DNA of 57,677 nucleotides from Escherichia phage vB_EcoP_24B: sequence record HM208303; one strand, 5' to 3'. Shown piece by piece: positions 47,852 to 57,677 of this stretch (position 1 is its first letter; each line of letters starts with the position of its first letter). The notes under the pieces were generated by a model. It saw only the letters and a program-made list of their open reading frames with translations, ran no database searches and was not told where the DNA came from. The position numbers and the translations under genes were made by a program.

Positions 47852-49117
47852 ATGAGCGGATTTGCACAGGGGTTACTTGCCGGATTCAGCACCGTTGACC
47901 AGGCAATGACCCGTCGTAAGGAGCTTGGTCTGCGTGAAGCACAGCTTGCCCGGCAACAGAAAAATAACGAGCGCGATTTTGAGTTTGCGCAGTCTCAGTT
48001 TGAACATAATAAAAACGTTGATCAGCGGAACTTTGATTACAGAGCCAAAGTTGACGACCGTAATTATGCACTGAAGGAAAGGGAGTTTAACGCTAACCAG
48101 AATTACCGGAATGCGTCACTGGGTATGGAGCAGCAGCGACTCCAGTTGCAGAAATACAACCAGCGACGGCTTGAGTATAACGATATGATTGCCCATAGCC
48201 AGCCACTAATGGAAGCGCTTGGAAAAGCAATTGAGGCTGGCGATCAGGAGGCTGCAACGCGTCTGTTCGGGCAGCTGCCAAAGGGACATCCATTAATTCT
48301 TATGTCAAACGAAGGCTATGCAGCGAAAGCGGGTCAGGCCGTGATCAACCTGCAAAAAATCTTTGGTGATAAGCCGGACATGGCGATCGATTCGCTGAAT
48401 ACCCCGGAAAATCTCGATGTGCTTTCCGGCGTGTTTGCCCCGGAACTACAACAGCGTATTGGCATGCCTGATTCAACCGGGGACAAAACGATAAAAGAGG
48501 CCAGGATTGGCAGTATCGTACCAGCGCAGCAGGAAGGGTACGTACTTATTGGCCTTGATCTCACATACAGCGATGGCTCCACCGCGCATAAACCTGTAAC
48601 AGAATACGGCAGTGCGCACCCTGATGATCAAACCGTGCTGGCGATACCCGTTGATAAGGCTATCGCTCAGGTCAGGGATCGCAGCAAATTTGCAGAGATA
48701 TCGAAAAATTATGGTTATTTTATGCCGAAGCAGCAGGGACTTTCTCTGAAAGAGCTTCAGAAGGGGGCCAGCAACGTAGCGGCAGACGCGATCAAGAATG
48801 GCGGTAATGCTCAGGCTGCGGTGGATGAATATTATGCTGCGACTGGTTCACAACCGCATCAACAGAAAATTCAGCAACAAAAACTTCAGCAACAGGTTAT
48901 CAACTGGGCGGGAGATGATCCTGATAAGCTGTCATTTGCCAGAAATGTAGCGGCCCGTCAGCCTGAAATGCTGGAGCCTCAGAATCAGAAATTGCTGGAG
49001 AACGGGTATGCGAATTTTCTCCGTATTCAAAAGGCCAGGGGGGAACAGGCCAGAGATGAAAGTGCTTCATCTGCATCTCAGTTTATCCGTGGACTGAAAC
49101 AGAATTACGCCCAGTAA
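47852..49117 (+). CDS. Hypothetical protein (421 aa)
   Basis: ORF upstream of the giant gene; coiled-coil/Gln-rich. Confidence 0.55.
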   Translation: MSGFAQGLLAGFSTVDQAMTRRKELGLREAQLARQQKNNERDFEFAQSQFEHNKNVDQRNFDYRAKVDDRNYALKEREFNANQNYRNASLGMEQQRLQLQKYNQRRLEYNDMIAHSQPLMEALGKAIEAGDQEAATRLFGQLPKGHPLILMSNEGYAAKAGQAVINLQKIFGDKPDMAIDSLNTPENLDVLSGVFAPELQQRIGMPDSTGDKTIKEARIGSIVPAQQEGYVLIGLDLTYSDGSTAHKPVTEYGSAHPDDQTVLAIPVDKAIAQVRDRSKFAEISKNYGYFMPKQQGLSLKELQKGASNVAADAIKNGGNAQAAVDEYYAATGSQPHQQKIQQQKLQQQVINWAGDDPDKLSFARNVAARQPEMLEPQNQKLLENGYANFLRIQKARGEQARDESASSASQFIRGLKQNYAQ

Positions 49118-49147
49118 TTCACGATATTCCATTAACACCATTTCCTG

Positions 49148-52100
49148 ATGCCCGGCCATTGTGCCGGGTTTTTTTATGGAGTCTGTATGGCCTATTCAGA
49201 GGAACAGCGTCCTGAGGCGCAACTCGGTAACCAGAATCGTAACAGCCTGAACATTCAGCAACCCGGCGAAACTGACAGCTATGAAGCATTTTTCTCTGAT
49301 CCGAATCGCTGGAAGGATAACAGTACGTCGTTCAGCCTGGGCGATGTATTGCCAACAATGGGTAAAGGTTTCGCCCAGTCCGTCCGGGGAACAGGGGAAA
49401 TGGCCCGTGGACTCGGTGATGCGATGATTCAGAGCCCGGTAAAAACAGGGGTGCGTATTTTAAATGAGTTCAGCCGTATGGGGCTGCCGGGTGTCGCAAC
49501 TGTGCAGGATATTTTTGCCGGTGGCAGCAGGGGGGCTGATGAGGTCATCGATACCCTGCCTGATGGCAAAAACGCGGTTACTGATACTGTCGGTAAAGGT
49601 CTGAAGGCAACCGGTAAGGCTGTCAGTGATGGTGCTGAAGCCACTGATGAATGGCTGACCGGTAAGATGTCGCCGGGTGCTGTTCGTGCGCTGAACACGC
49701 CAATGAGTGAAGGCTATGATGATCCCGCAGTCTGGCTGACGAAGGGGATGAATTTTGTCGGTGCCGTTGCGACAGATGTGTTTGCTGGCGGTGTGGCTAA
49801 AAAGGTGGGTGATGTCACACTGCGAAAAATGCTGACCGCCGGGCTGGAGAAAAAATACATCGCGGCAGGGATGCAGCCGGAAAGAGCCTCGGCACTGGCA
49901 GCAGAAGCTGTCGATAAAAAAATGCCGGATTTATTCCAGGCGGGCCTGATCACCCATTCAACAGCCAGTGCACAGGGGCAGAGTGCAATGGCGGCAGCAG
50001 ATGCTGTTCTTAATGCGGATTACTCTGAGCTGGCGCAGTCACCGAAATTTCAGCAAATGTTTTTGTCCATTGACGCCGACCCGCAGCACGCACAGCTTAC
50101 TGATCGCCAGAAAATGGACCTGGCAAAAGAGCGTGTGGCTGATGAGGTGCGTGCGCAACTGGCAACCGATCCTCAGTTGCTGGCTGTGAATGCCATGGCG
50201 GCAAAACTGGGCGATGCTCAGTTGCTTAATCTGGCGATGCGGGGCACAGCGAAGACCGTTAAAAGCGGCATTGTCAGAAATGCCACTGCACAGGGGGCGA
50301 TTAATGCGGCGCAGGGCGGCTATTCACGCTATCAGGAAAACACGGCATTGCGTGAGACCGCCGGAATGGATGTATCGCCATGGGAGGGCGTGGCTGACGC
50401 AACGATCGAAGGTGCTGCCCTTGGTGCTGCGATGGGGGCTCCATTCGGTGCAGTTGCCGGATATCGTGGCAGACGTCAGGCCGCAGAAGAAACCGCCATG
50501 CGTGATGCTGAAACCGTGCAGCAGGACGACGCAGCCCCGCAACCAGAATCTGTTGATCCGGTGGCGCAGCATCGTGAATCCATGCAGGGGATGAATCGCG
50601 AGCAGCTTCTGGAGCAGTATGCTGATGCGGATATGGCGACAGAGGGTGACGCATCCGCAACTCATCGCCGGGAAGCCGCCAGCCAGCTGTTGAATGAACT
50701 GGACGAACAGGCGAAGCGACAGGCTGTGATGAATGAGCTGAAGGCGAAGCCGCGCCCTGAACTGCTTGAGGAATACCGAAAACTCAGCCTGAAGGAAGGG
50801 CGTACTGATACTGAAGAGCAGCAGTTTCAGGCAATACGTGAAGTCATTCGCCCACAACAGGAAGTGACGCCTGAAGCACAGTCACAGCCTGAAAATGCGG
50901 AGGATGGTAACGGGAGCATTTACCCGACGGTGCGGTTCCGGGACCCGAATGAAGTCCGCATTGAAATTAACGGGAATGGTGCGTCCAGACCAGCGGAACG
51001 CATTGAAAAGGTGCGCCCGGACAACCGTTATTTCACGGATGAGAAAAGCGCCATGGGGAGTGATGTTTTCCGTAATGCCGCCGCCACCGGCCTGAAACCG
51101 TCCGTAGTGAAGAAAGGCGAGAATCAGTATGCCGTTGAAATGGATAATCCTGCGTTCTCTGAAGATGTGGCAACGGAAACCATTAACACCCTGGCTGACA
51201 GAGAGCGTATTGCTGATGCTGACCCGATGGAGCAGCCCGCGTTCATGCGTGACCCGCGATTCCGTGGTTTCACGGGGGATGATACGGAGGTACAGGCCCG
51301 CCTTGCCCGTGGCAACGCGCCGACGGCGGAGGAGCTTGTACGTTCACAGATGGCTGAAGGTGATGCCGGTCCGACAGCACAGGAGTTAACTGAGCGTCCG
51401 CGTCTGCCCGCCCCCGGCGATATTCATCCCGGACAGGGATATCCGTTACCGGGAGAGGTGGCGCGTACGCCGGATGAGAATCAGGCCGGACGTGGTGGTC
51501 GTTTTACCACAACCGGTGAGGTTAAGGGCCAGAGTTTCCAGAAAGGACGTGCTCCGGCACCGGAAAACGCCGCTGGTCGCCAGGGGGAAATACTGGAGGG
51601 CGAAACAGTTCGTCGTGGTCTGCCGTCACCGGATGCGCAGAACGCGACAGCACCGGTACGTGAAGGGCTACCGGCTCCTGACATTGCGCGTAATGTTCGT
51701 ATGCCTCAGCCTGAATCACTTCCCCGCACTGTACGGGACTCACTGCCTGAGCTTGCACAGCAGGCAGAAGTACGCCGACAGGCCGGAGGAAATCGTGACA
51801 TCCCGCAGCCTGAGACAATCGCACCTGAATCTGAAACAACTGTCTCTACTGACAGGGAAGCTACCGTGCGCGGAGGTGAAGTCAGGGGCAAAAAAATTGA
51901 AGACTTTGGCGAGGAAATTAAAGGGGCAGCCAAACACCGTTATGCACAGCTTGCTGAAACACTGGGTAAAACGCTGGAAGACAGGGATTATGCCACGCAG
52001 CCGCTGAGCAAACTGTTCCCGAAACCGGACTACGCAAAACTGGCGAACGAAGGTGCCGATGCTGATACCCTGGCAATGATAGCGCTGTATCGTAGCGATA

Positions 52101-55100
52101 TTCCGGCGAAGACGAAACACAATACGGCAGGCTGGGGGGAGAGCATAAAAAAAGTACGACACAGTGTATCGGAAATGCTGAACGGAACGGTCAGCGCGAA
52201 ACGCCTCGCAGAATGGATGGAAGGCAGAATGCCCTCCCGTTACGCGGACACCTGGCAACTGTTACGCACTCTGCCACCCTCACAGATGGACAGAGCTTCT
52301 GCTTATCGGGTGGTATCGGGTGTGTATCAGGCGGCAGGAGGGAAGCGTTACGATCCGCCACAGAAACTTTATTCACTGCGCAATAAGGACAATAAGGGGA
52401 GTAACCTCTTTTTCTCGGAAAGCAGGGATGAATTACTGGCAAAGGCGAAAGTCTGGTTTGCAGAGCAGGAGGAAAAATCACAGGCGAAAGGTGATGAAAA
52501 AACAGCACCGTCACCGGATGACAAAATCCGCTTTGACGTTTACCGGAATACCCGCAGTGGCGATATTTTTATCGCTTACGGTAAAAACAAAATGCGGGTG
52601 AGAGGTGGCTTTAAGTCAGCCAGTGATGCGCGTAAGTACATTGATTCACATCGTGATGAGCTTGTTCGTCATGTGAAGGAGATGCGGGAGATTTCGCGTG
52701 AGGAGCAGCGCAACGCCACCAACCGCGACCGTACCGGACCAGAACGCCGCAAGGGGAATGTTTCACCGGAGCAGTTCAGTGATGCGTTTGGTTTCCGTGG
52801 TGTGCAGTTTGGTAACTACGTGGAAGGTCCGCGTCGTCAGGCTGATTTGAACCGGGCTTATGACTCGCTGCATGACCTTGCGGAAGTACTGAATGTACCG
52901 ACAAAAGCGCTTTCCCTGAACGGTCGTCTTGGCCTGGCATTTGGTGCCCGTGGTAAGGGTAAGGCGGCGGCACACTATGAGTCAGGTGAGGTGGCAATCA
53001 ACCTGACAAAAGGTAACGGACCGGGTGCGCTGGCGCACGAATGGTTCCATTCTCTGGATAATTATTTTGGTCGTTATGACGTTTCCAATGACGGGAAAAT
53101 TACGTCAGGTGGCGACTTTATGACGGAAGCACAGCGTGTCAGGCGCATATTTAAAGACGGCAGGTATGTTGATGCTGAATATCCGGTACGTCAGGAGGTT
53201 TACGACGCTTTTAAAGGTGTGATTCAGGCCATTAAAAACAGTGACATGCCGCGTCGTTCAGCGCTTCTCGATGAGGTGCGCTCAAAACCGTACTGGTCAA
53301 CGGATGTTGAAATGGCGGCACGTGCCTTTGAGCGTTATGTTCAGGATAAGGCGCGTATGGCTGGCGTGGAGAATGATTATCTGGTCAATATCCGTAAGGC
53401 ACCTGAGCACAACACAGATAACACCTACGCTTATCCGACGAATGCGGAACTGGATGGCGGTATTCGTGAGGCATTCGATCACCTGTTCCGCACCCTGAAA
53501 ACCCGTGAGACGGACAAGGGCGTTGCGTTTTATTCCCGTAAGGGCGTTACCCGCACACCTGAAGGTAATCTCATTTCGGATGTTAACCGTAGTGCGGAAG
53601 CCAAAGGCAGCCCGGTCCCGCAGGTTGAAGCGGTTGCCCGTGGCGTGATGAGCGGCATTAAGGACAGTGACCTGAAGGTCCGTGTGGTGAAGTCACAGAA
53701 AGAGGCTGAAGCGCTGGCGGGTGAATTGTTCGATGGTTACGGCAGGGTGCACGCATTCTATCGTCCGGATAAACGAGAAATTGTCCTGGTGGCGGATAAC
53801 ATCCCTGACGGGCGGACCGTTCGCGAGAAGCTGCGTCACGAGATCATTCACCATGCCATGGAGCATGTTGTCACACCAGCGGAATATCAGACGATTATCA
53901 AAACCGTGCTGAAAACCCGCGACAGTGATAACGTCACCATCCGTGAAGCCTGGCGTAAGGTTGATGCTTCCTATGGTAAGGAATCACCGGAAGTACAGGC
54001 GGGTGAATTTCTGGCACATATGGCGGAGAAACAGCCGAATAAATTCGTGGCGGCATGGGAGCGTGTTGTTGCCCTGGTCAAAGGGGTACTGCGTCGTACG
54101 GGGTTACTGAAGCCGACGGAACTGAACGATATCAGACTTGTTCGCGAAACTATTCGCACGTTAGGCCTGCGTGTGCGGGAAGGTTACACGCCGCGTGAGG
54201 ATGGCGCGGGCGCATCGTCTCAGTACTCCCGTAGTGGTAAACCTGATCCGTTCAAAGTGCCGGAAGGTGAGGGCGAGCGTTATCGTGATGACCTTGCCAG
54301 AATGATGAAGTCGTTACGTTCTGGTGCAATGACTGCAAACATCGGGCGTACGCCGCCGGTATTGCGCCACCTTGGCGCACCAGATTTGCCGCTGGTTATC
54401 TCCCGCGACACTGTGCGGAAGGCAACCAATGGAGTGAAACATGTGGTGCCAATGGATGTTATCGAGAGACTTCCTGAGCTGATGCACGATCCGGATGCAA
54501 TTTACCGTTCCGCGACAGAAAGAAATGCGGTTGTGATGCTGCTTGATGCCGTGGATAAAAATGGTGATCCGGTGGTGTCGGCAGTGCACATGAAGGCAAC
54601 AGATAAACGAATAGAAATTAACAAGGTGGCTTCTGTATATGGAACAAAAGGGGGGATGAACAAAGCTAATAGCCTGGATAAAGCAGGTTTGACGCTTTAC
54701 CGGAAGGAAAAATTAAGCCGCGATAACCCTCAGTACAGTGGGCTTCAATTGCCCAAAGAGGAGCGTTCTTATCGCGGCTCTGTAGATAAAATACTCTATC
54801 CTGAAGATATTCGCAATGGGCCGTATTACTCCCGTACCAGCAGTCTGACACCGGAAGAGACAATTGCATCGCGTTTTGTGCGTCAGATGCAGGATAAATT
54901 CCAGGTGCTGAAAGCTGTTCAGGAGAACATCCGTAAAACTGGCGGAAAAATAGACGACAGTAACAACGCTTATATGGCGGAAGAACTCTTCCACGGGAAG
55001 GCGGAAAACGACCTGAACGTGATGAAGGAGCGCTACGTTCAGCCACTGGCTAAATTACTGGCGGACTACAAAATTGCGCAGGCCGATCTGGATGAGTACC

Positions 55101-57571
55101 TCTACGCCCGTCACGCGCCGGAACGTAACGCGCATATCGCGAAAATCAACCCGAAAATGCCGGACGGCGGTTCGGGGATGACCAACGCGGAAGCGGCGGA
55201 AATCATGCAGCGTGTACGTAACAGTGGCAAACAGGCACAGTATGACCGTCTGGCAGGGATTATTGACGATATGCTGGCCCGTCGCCGTGAGCTTATCCGT
55301 CAGGCCGGACTTGAAGAGAACGGTGTGGTGGATGCCTGGCAGAACGCCTACCGTTACTACGTTCCCCTGAAAGGTCAGGATGTTGACGGTGTGGTGTCAC
55401 TGCCCCGTACAGGTAAGGGCTTCACCATCGGCGGACGTGAAAGCAGGCAGGCCATGGGGCGTGCATCCCGGGCACAGTCTCCGTCCACTCAGGCGATACA
55501 GGACCTGAGCGAATCGCTGATCCGCCATCGCAAAAACGAAGTGGGTAACGCCTTCCTGAAACTGGTGCAGGATAATCCCGACAAGGATTACTGGCAGGTA
55601 TTCACCGATGACAGACCGGATACCATGCGGACGATTGCAGAGCGCAAGGACCAGGAAACTGGTGAAACCATTCGCGAAGCTGTCGAACGCCCTGTACCGA
55701 TGGCAATGATGGCAGACCGGTACTTCACCACCAAAAAGAACGGCAAAACGTACTACATCAAACTCCATGATCCGCGCCTGATGCGTGCGATGAAGAATAT
55801 GGGACCGGAAACCAGTAACGCCGTAATCCGCACGCTGGGGAAAGTTAACCGCTTCCTGGCAACGGTGAACACGTCGTATAACCCGGAATTCCTGGTCAGT
55901 AACTTCATCCGTGACGTGCAGACGGCGGTGATGAACCTGAAGGCGGAGCAGGGAAGGAGCGACGGTAAACTGAAAGGGCTGGATAACTTATCCGCCCTGG
56001 CTGTGGTGAAAGACAGCCGTTCTGCCATGTCAGCCGTATACGCCAGTCTGCGTGGTAAAACCCTCACGGGAAAAGGTGCACAGTGGCAGAAGGTGTGGAA
56101 AGAGTTTGTTGAGGACGGAGGGAAAACCGGCTGGTTTAACATGGGTGACCTTGAAGGCCAGCAGAAGGAAATGGATCGCCTTGTCTCACTGGCGAAGGGG
56201 GGATGGAAAGGCCAGAGTATCGGTGCATGGAATTCGTTCCTTAACCTTGTCGAGGATGCCAACGGTGCGGTTGAAAACGCTCTGCGTCTTTCTGCCTATA
56301 AGCACGCCCGTGATACCGGTTTGTCACGCCAGCAGGCGGCGTCTCTTGCCAAAAACATGACGGTGAACTTTAACCGTCGTGGTGAGCAGGGGGCGCTGAT
56401 GAATTCGCTGTACATGTTCGCCAACGCCAGCATTCAGGGAACGGCAAATCTGGTGAGAACGCTCGGACATCTTAATGGTGAGGGACCTTTACTGGAGCGC
56501 CTTCGCTGGAAGAATCTGAATGTTCCGCAGAAAATCGCGCTTGCCGCTGTGGGAGCAGGTTATCTGCTTGGCTCGCTTAACCGCAGCGTGGCGGGTGAGG
56601 ATGATGACGGGGTTAACTGGTATGACAAGGTGCCGTCTCATGTGAAAGAGCGTAACCTCGTCATTATGAAATCGGTGTTCGGGGGCAAGGCCGGAGAGTA
56701 CTGGAGTATTCCTCTGCCTTACGGGTACAACGTTTTCTTCCTGCTCGGGCATACTGCTGAAGGTGTGGCGGCGGGTGACCTGACGGCGTCCCGTGCTGCC
56801 GGTAATGTTGTTGGTGGTGTGCTTGGTGCATTCAGCCCGATTGGCAGTGAGACGTCGGAAACACTGTCCGGGGCATTGCTGAAAAATGCAGCGCCGACCA
56901 TTCTGCGTCCGTTTGCGAACCTTGCCATGAATGAAAACTTCATGGGGGCGCAGATTTACCAGGAGAACATGCCGTTTGGTACACCAAAACCTGACAGCCA
57001 GCTGGGAAGACGTTCAACGCCAGAAGCGTACAAGGCGTTTGCATCCTGGCTGAATGCGTTCTCTGGTGGCAGCCAGTACCGTCCCGGCGCGGTGGATATC
57101 ACACCGGAATCGCTGAAATACTGGGTGGACTATATCTCCGGAGGGACAGGGCGCTTCATTTCCAAAACCACGGATGCGGCGGTGAAATCGCTGAATGGTA
57201 TTGATATACCGGAGCAGCAGGTGCCCTTCCTGGGGAAAATTTCAGGTGAGGTGATGCCGTATGCTGACCAGCAGAAGATGTACGACCGGATGACAGAGGT
57301 TGCGCAGTATCACGCAGAGCTGAAGAGTCTGACCGGTGCAGAAAGAACGGCGTTCATTGACGAGAACAACGGAAAATTGTCGATGAACGGGCTTATGCAG
57401 GATACCCGGAAGAGACTGAAGGATTTGCGTAAACAGCGTGATGCCATTTACGCCGACAGTACTCTCAGTCTGGCGCAACAGTCGGCGATGGTGAAATCGG
57501 TTGAGCGGGATATGAAAATTGCCGTGGATCGGTTTAACCGCGAGTACAACAAAAAAGTGGGAGTGGAGTAA
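49148..57571 (+). CDS. Giant multidomain protein (about 2.8k aa; likely start at ATG 49187) with two HExxH motifs
   Basis: Uninterrupted 8.4-kb ORF; HEWFH at 53036-53050 and HEIIH at 53837-53851; function unknown, virion/ejection role inferred from position. Confidence 0.8.
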   Translation: MPGHCAGFFYGVCMAYSEEQRPEAQLGNQNRNSLNIQQPGETDSYEAFFSDPNRWKDNSTSFSLGDVLPTMGKGFAQSVRGTGEMARGLGDAMIQSPVKTGVRILNEFSRMGLPGVATVQDIFAGGSRGADEVIDTLPDGKNAVTDTVGKGLKATGKAVSDGAEATDEWLTGKMSPGAVRALNTPMSEGYDDPAVWLTKGMNFVGAVATDVFAGGVAKKVGDVTLRKMLTAGLEKKYIAAGMQPERASALAAEAVDKKMPDLFQAGLITHSTASAQGQSAMAAADAVLNADYSELAQSPKFQQMFLSIDADPQHAQLTDRQKMDLAKERVADEVRAQLATDPQLLAVNAMAAKLGDAQLLNLAMRGTAKTVKSGIVRNATAQGAINAAQGGYSRYQENTALRETAGMDVSPWEGVADATIEGAALGAAMGAPFGAVAGYRGRRQAAEETAMRDAETVQQDDAAPQPESVDPVAQHRESMQGMNREQLLEQYADADMATEGDASATHRREAASQLLNELDEQAKRQAVMNELKAKPRPELLEEYRKLSLKEGRTDTEEQQFQAIREVIRPQQEVTPEAQSQPENAEDGNGSIYPTVRFRDPNEVRIEINGNGASRPAERIEKVRPDNRYFTDEKSAMGSDVFRNAAATGLKPSVVKKGENQYAVEMDNPAFSEDVATETINTLADRERIADADPMEQPAFMRDPRFRGFTGDDTEVQARLARGNAPTAEELVRSQMAEGDAGPTAQELTERPRLPAPGDIHPGQGYPLPGEVARTPDENQAGRGGRFTTTGEVKGQSFQKGRAPAPENAAGRQGEILEGETVRRGLPSPDAQNATAPVREGLPAPDIARNVRMPQPESLPRTVRDSLPELAQQAEVRRQAGGNRDIPQPETIAPESETTVSTDREATVRGGEVRGKKIEDFGEEIKGAAKHRYAQLAETLGKTLEDRDYATQPLSKLFPKPDYAKLANEGADADTLAMIALYRSDIPAKTKHNTAGWGESIKKVRHSVSEMLNGTVSAKRLAEWMEGRMPSRYADTWQLLRTLPPSQMDRASAYRVVSGVYQAAGGKRYDPPQKLYSLRNKDNKGSNLFFSESRDELLAKAKVWFAEQEEKSQAKGDEKTAPSPDDKIRFDVYRNTRSGDIFIAYGKNKMRVRGGFKSASDARKYIDSHRDELVRHVKEMREISREEQRNATNRDRTGPERRKGNVSPEQFSDAFGFRGVQFGNYVEGPRRQADLNRAYDSLHDLAEVLNVPTKALSLNGRLGLAFGARGKGKAAAHYESGEVAINLTKGNGPGALAHEWFHSLDNYFGRYDVSNDGKITSGGDFMTEAQRVRRIFKDGRYVDAEYPVRQEVYDAFKGVIQAIKNSDMPRRSALLDEVRSKPYWSTDVEMAARAFERYVQDKARMAGVENDYLVNIRKAPEHNTDNTYAYPTNAELDGGIREAFDHLFRTLKTRETDKGVAFYSRKGVTRTPEGNLISDVNRSAEAKGSPVPQVEAVARGVMSGIKDSDLKVRVVKSQKEAEALAGELFDGYGRVHAFYRPDKREIVLVADNIPDGRTVREKLRHEIIHHAMEHVVTPAEYQTIIKTVLKTRDSDNVTIREAWRKVDASYGKESPEVQAGEFLAHMAEKQPNKFVAAWERVVALVKGVLRRTGLLKPTELNDIRLVRETIRTLGLRVREGYTPREDGAGASSQYSRSGKPDPFKVPEGEGERYRDDLARMMKSLRSGAMTANIGRTPPVLRHLGAPDLPLVISRDTVRKATNGVKHVVPMDVIERLPELMHDPDAIYRSATERNAVVMLLDAVDKNGDPVVSAVHMKATDKRIEINKVASVYGTKGGMNKANSLDKAGLTLYRKEKLSRDNPQYSGLQLPKEERSYRGSVDKILYPEDIRNGPYYSRTSSLTPEETIASRFVRQMQDKFQVLKAVQENIRKTGGKIDDSNNAYMAEELFHGKAENDLNVMKERYVQPLAKLLADYKIAQADLDEYLYARHAPERNAHIAKINPKMPDGGSGMTNAEAAEIMQRVRNSGKQAQYDRLAGIIDDMLARRRELIRQAGLEENGVVDAWQNAYRYYVPLKGQDVDGVVSLPRTGKGFTIGGRESRQAMGRASRAQSPSTQAIQDLSESLIRHRKNEVGNAFLKLVQDNPDKDYWQVFTDDRPDTMRTIAERKDQETGETIREAVERPVPMAMMADRYFTTKKNGKTYYIKLHDPRLMRAMKNMGPETSNAVIRTLGKVNRFLATVNTSYNPEFLVSNFIRDVQTAVMNLKAEQGRSDGKLKGLDNLSALAVVKDSRSAMSAVYASLRGKTLTGKGAQWQKVWKEFVEDGGKTGWFNMGDLEGQQKEMDRLVSLAKGGWKGQSIGAWNSFLNLVEDANGAVENALRLSAYKHARDTGLSRQQAASLAKNMTVNFNRRGEQGALMNSLYMFANASIQGTANLVRTLGHLNGEGPLLERLRWKNLNVPQKIALAAVGAGYLLGSLNRSVAGEDDDGVNWYDKVPSHVKERNLVIMKSVFGGKAGEYWSIPLPYGYNVFFLLGHTAEGVAAGDLTASRAAGNVVGGVLGAFSPIGSETSETLSGALLKNAAPTILRPFANLAMNENFMGAQIYQENMPFGTPKPDSQLGRRSTPEAYKAFASWLNAFSGGSQYRPGAVDITPESLKYWVDYISGGTGRFISKTTDAAVKSLNGIDIPEQQVPFLGKISGEVMPYADQQKMYDRMTEVAQYHAELKSLTGAERTAFIDENNGKLSMNGLMQDTRKRLKDLRKQRDAIYADSTLSLAQQSAMVKSVERDMKIAVDRFNREYNKKVGVE

Positions 57572-57677
57572 AGAACATGCCCCGTACGGAAGTGCGGGGC
57601 ATGCTTAACGGGATGTGTACATAAATGGGTACTAATATGACGATTATTTCGGTGCTTTATGTATTTAAATCAATGAG

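Noticed and set aside
50324-56262. Minus-strand ORFs inside the giant gene (for example 50324-50857, 51740-52258, 55753-56262)
   Set aside because: Embedded antisense in an uninterrupted 8.4-kb plus-strand ORF; typical frame shadows in GC-rich coding DNA.

Overview
The window reads as a nearly complete lambdoid, Stx2-converting-type phage genome laid out in prophage order: integrase and AlpA-like regulator at the left, then a leftward early operon (orf60a/orf63-like, exo, bet, gam, kil, cIII, ea10, N-like), an immunity region (cI, cro, cII), replication genes (O-like initiator with internal iterons, primase-helicase), a nin region (NinB, Dam methylase, NinE, Rha/Ant, NinG, NinH, Q), three tRNAs, the toxin locus, nanS-p-like esterase, a lysis cassette (holin, endolysin, Rz/Rz1, bor), and a late morphogenesis operon ending in a 2.8k-codon ORF. 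The identifications rest on my reading of the translated ORFs and motif recall, not on any search. Three points stand out. (1) The toxin locus is engineered: only the first 23 codons of stx2A remain, fused to a plasmid polylinker and a reverse-oriented cat gene, so this is a laboratory construct. (2) The rexAB position downstream of cI holds an AT-rich operon with a eukaryotic-like protein kinase and three uncharacterised small proteins, the best candidate here for a poorly described exclusion system. (3) Several signals are absent from the ORF track: a Hok/Gef-like 46-codon toxin gene after lom, an intein with LAGLIDADG motifs in the primase-helicase, a clustered GATC repeat inside terS, and paired boxB-like hairpins. 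Functions for most late-region ORFs are positional guesses.
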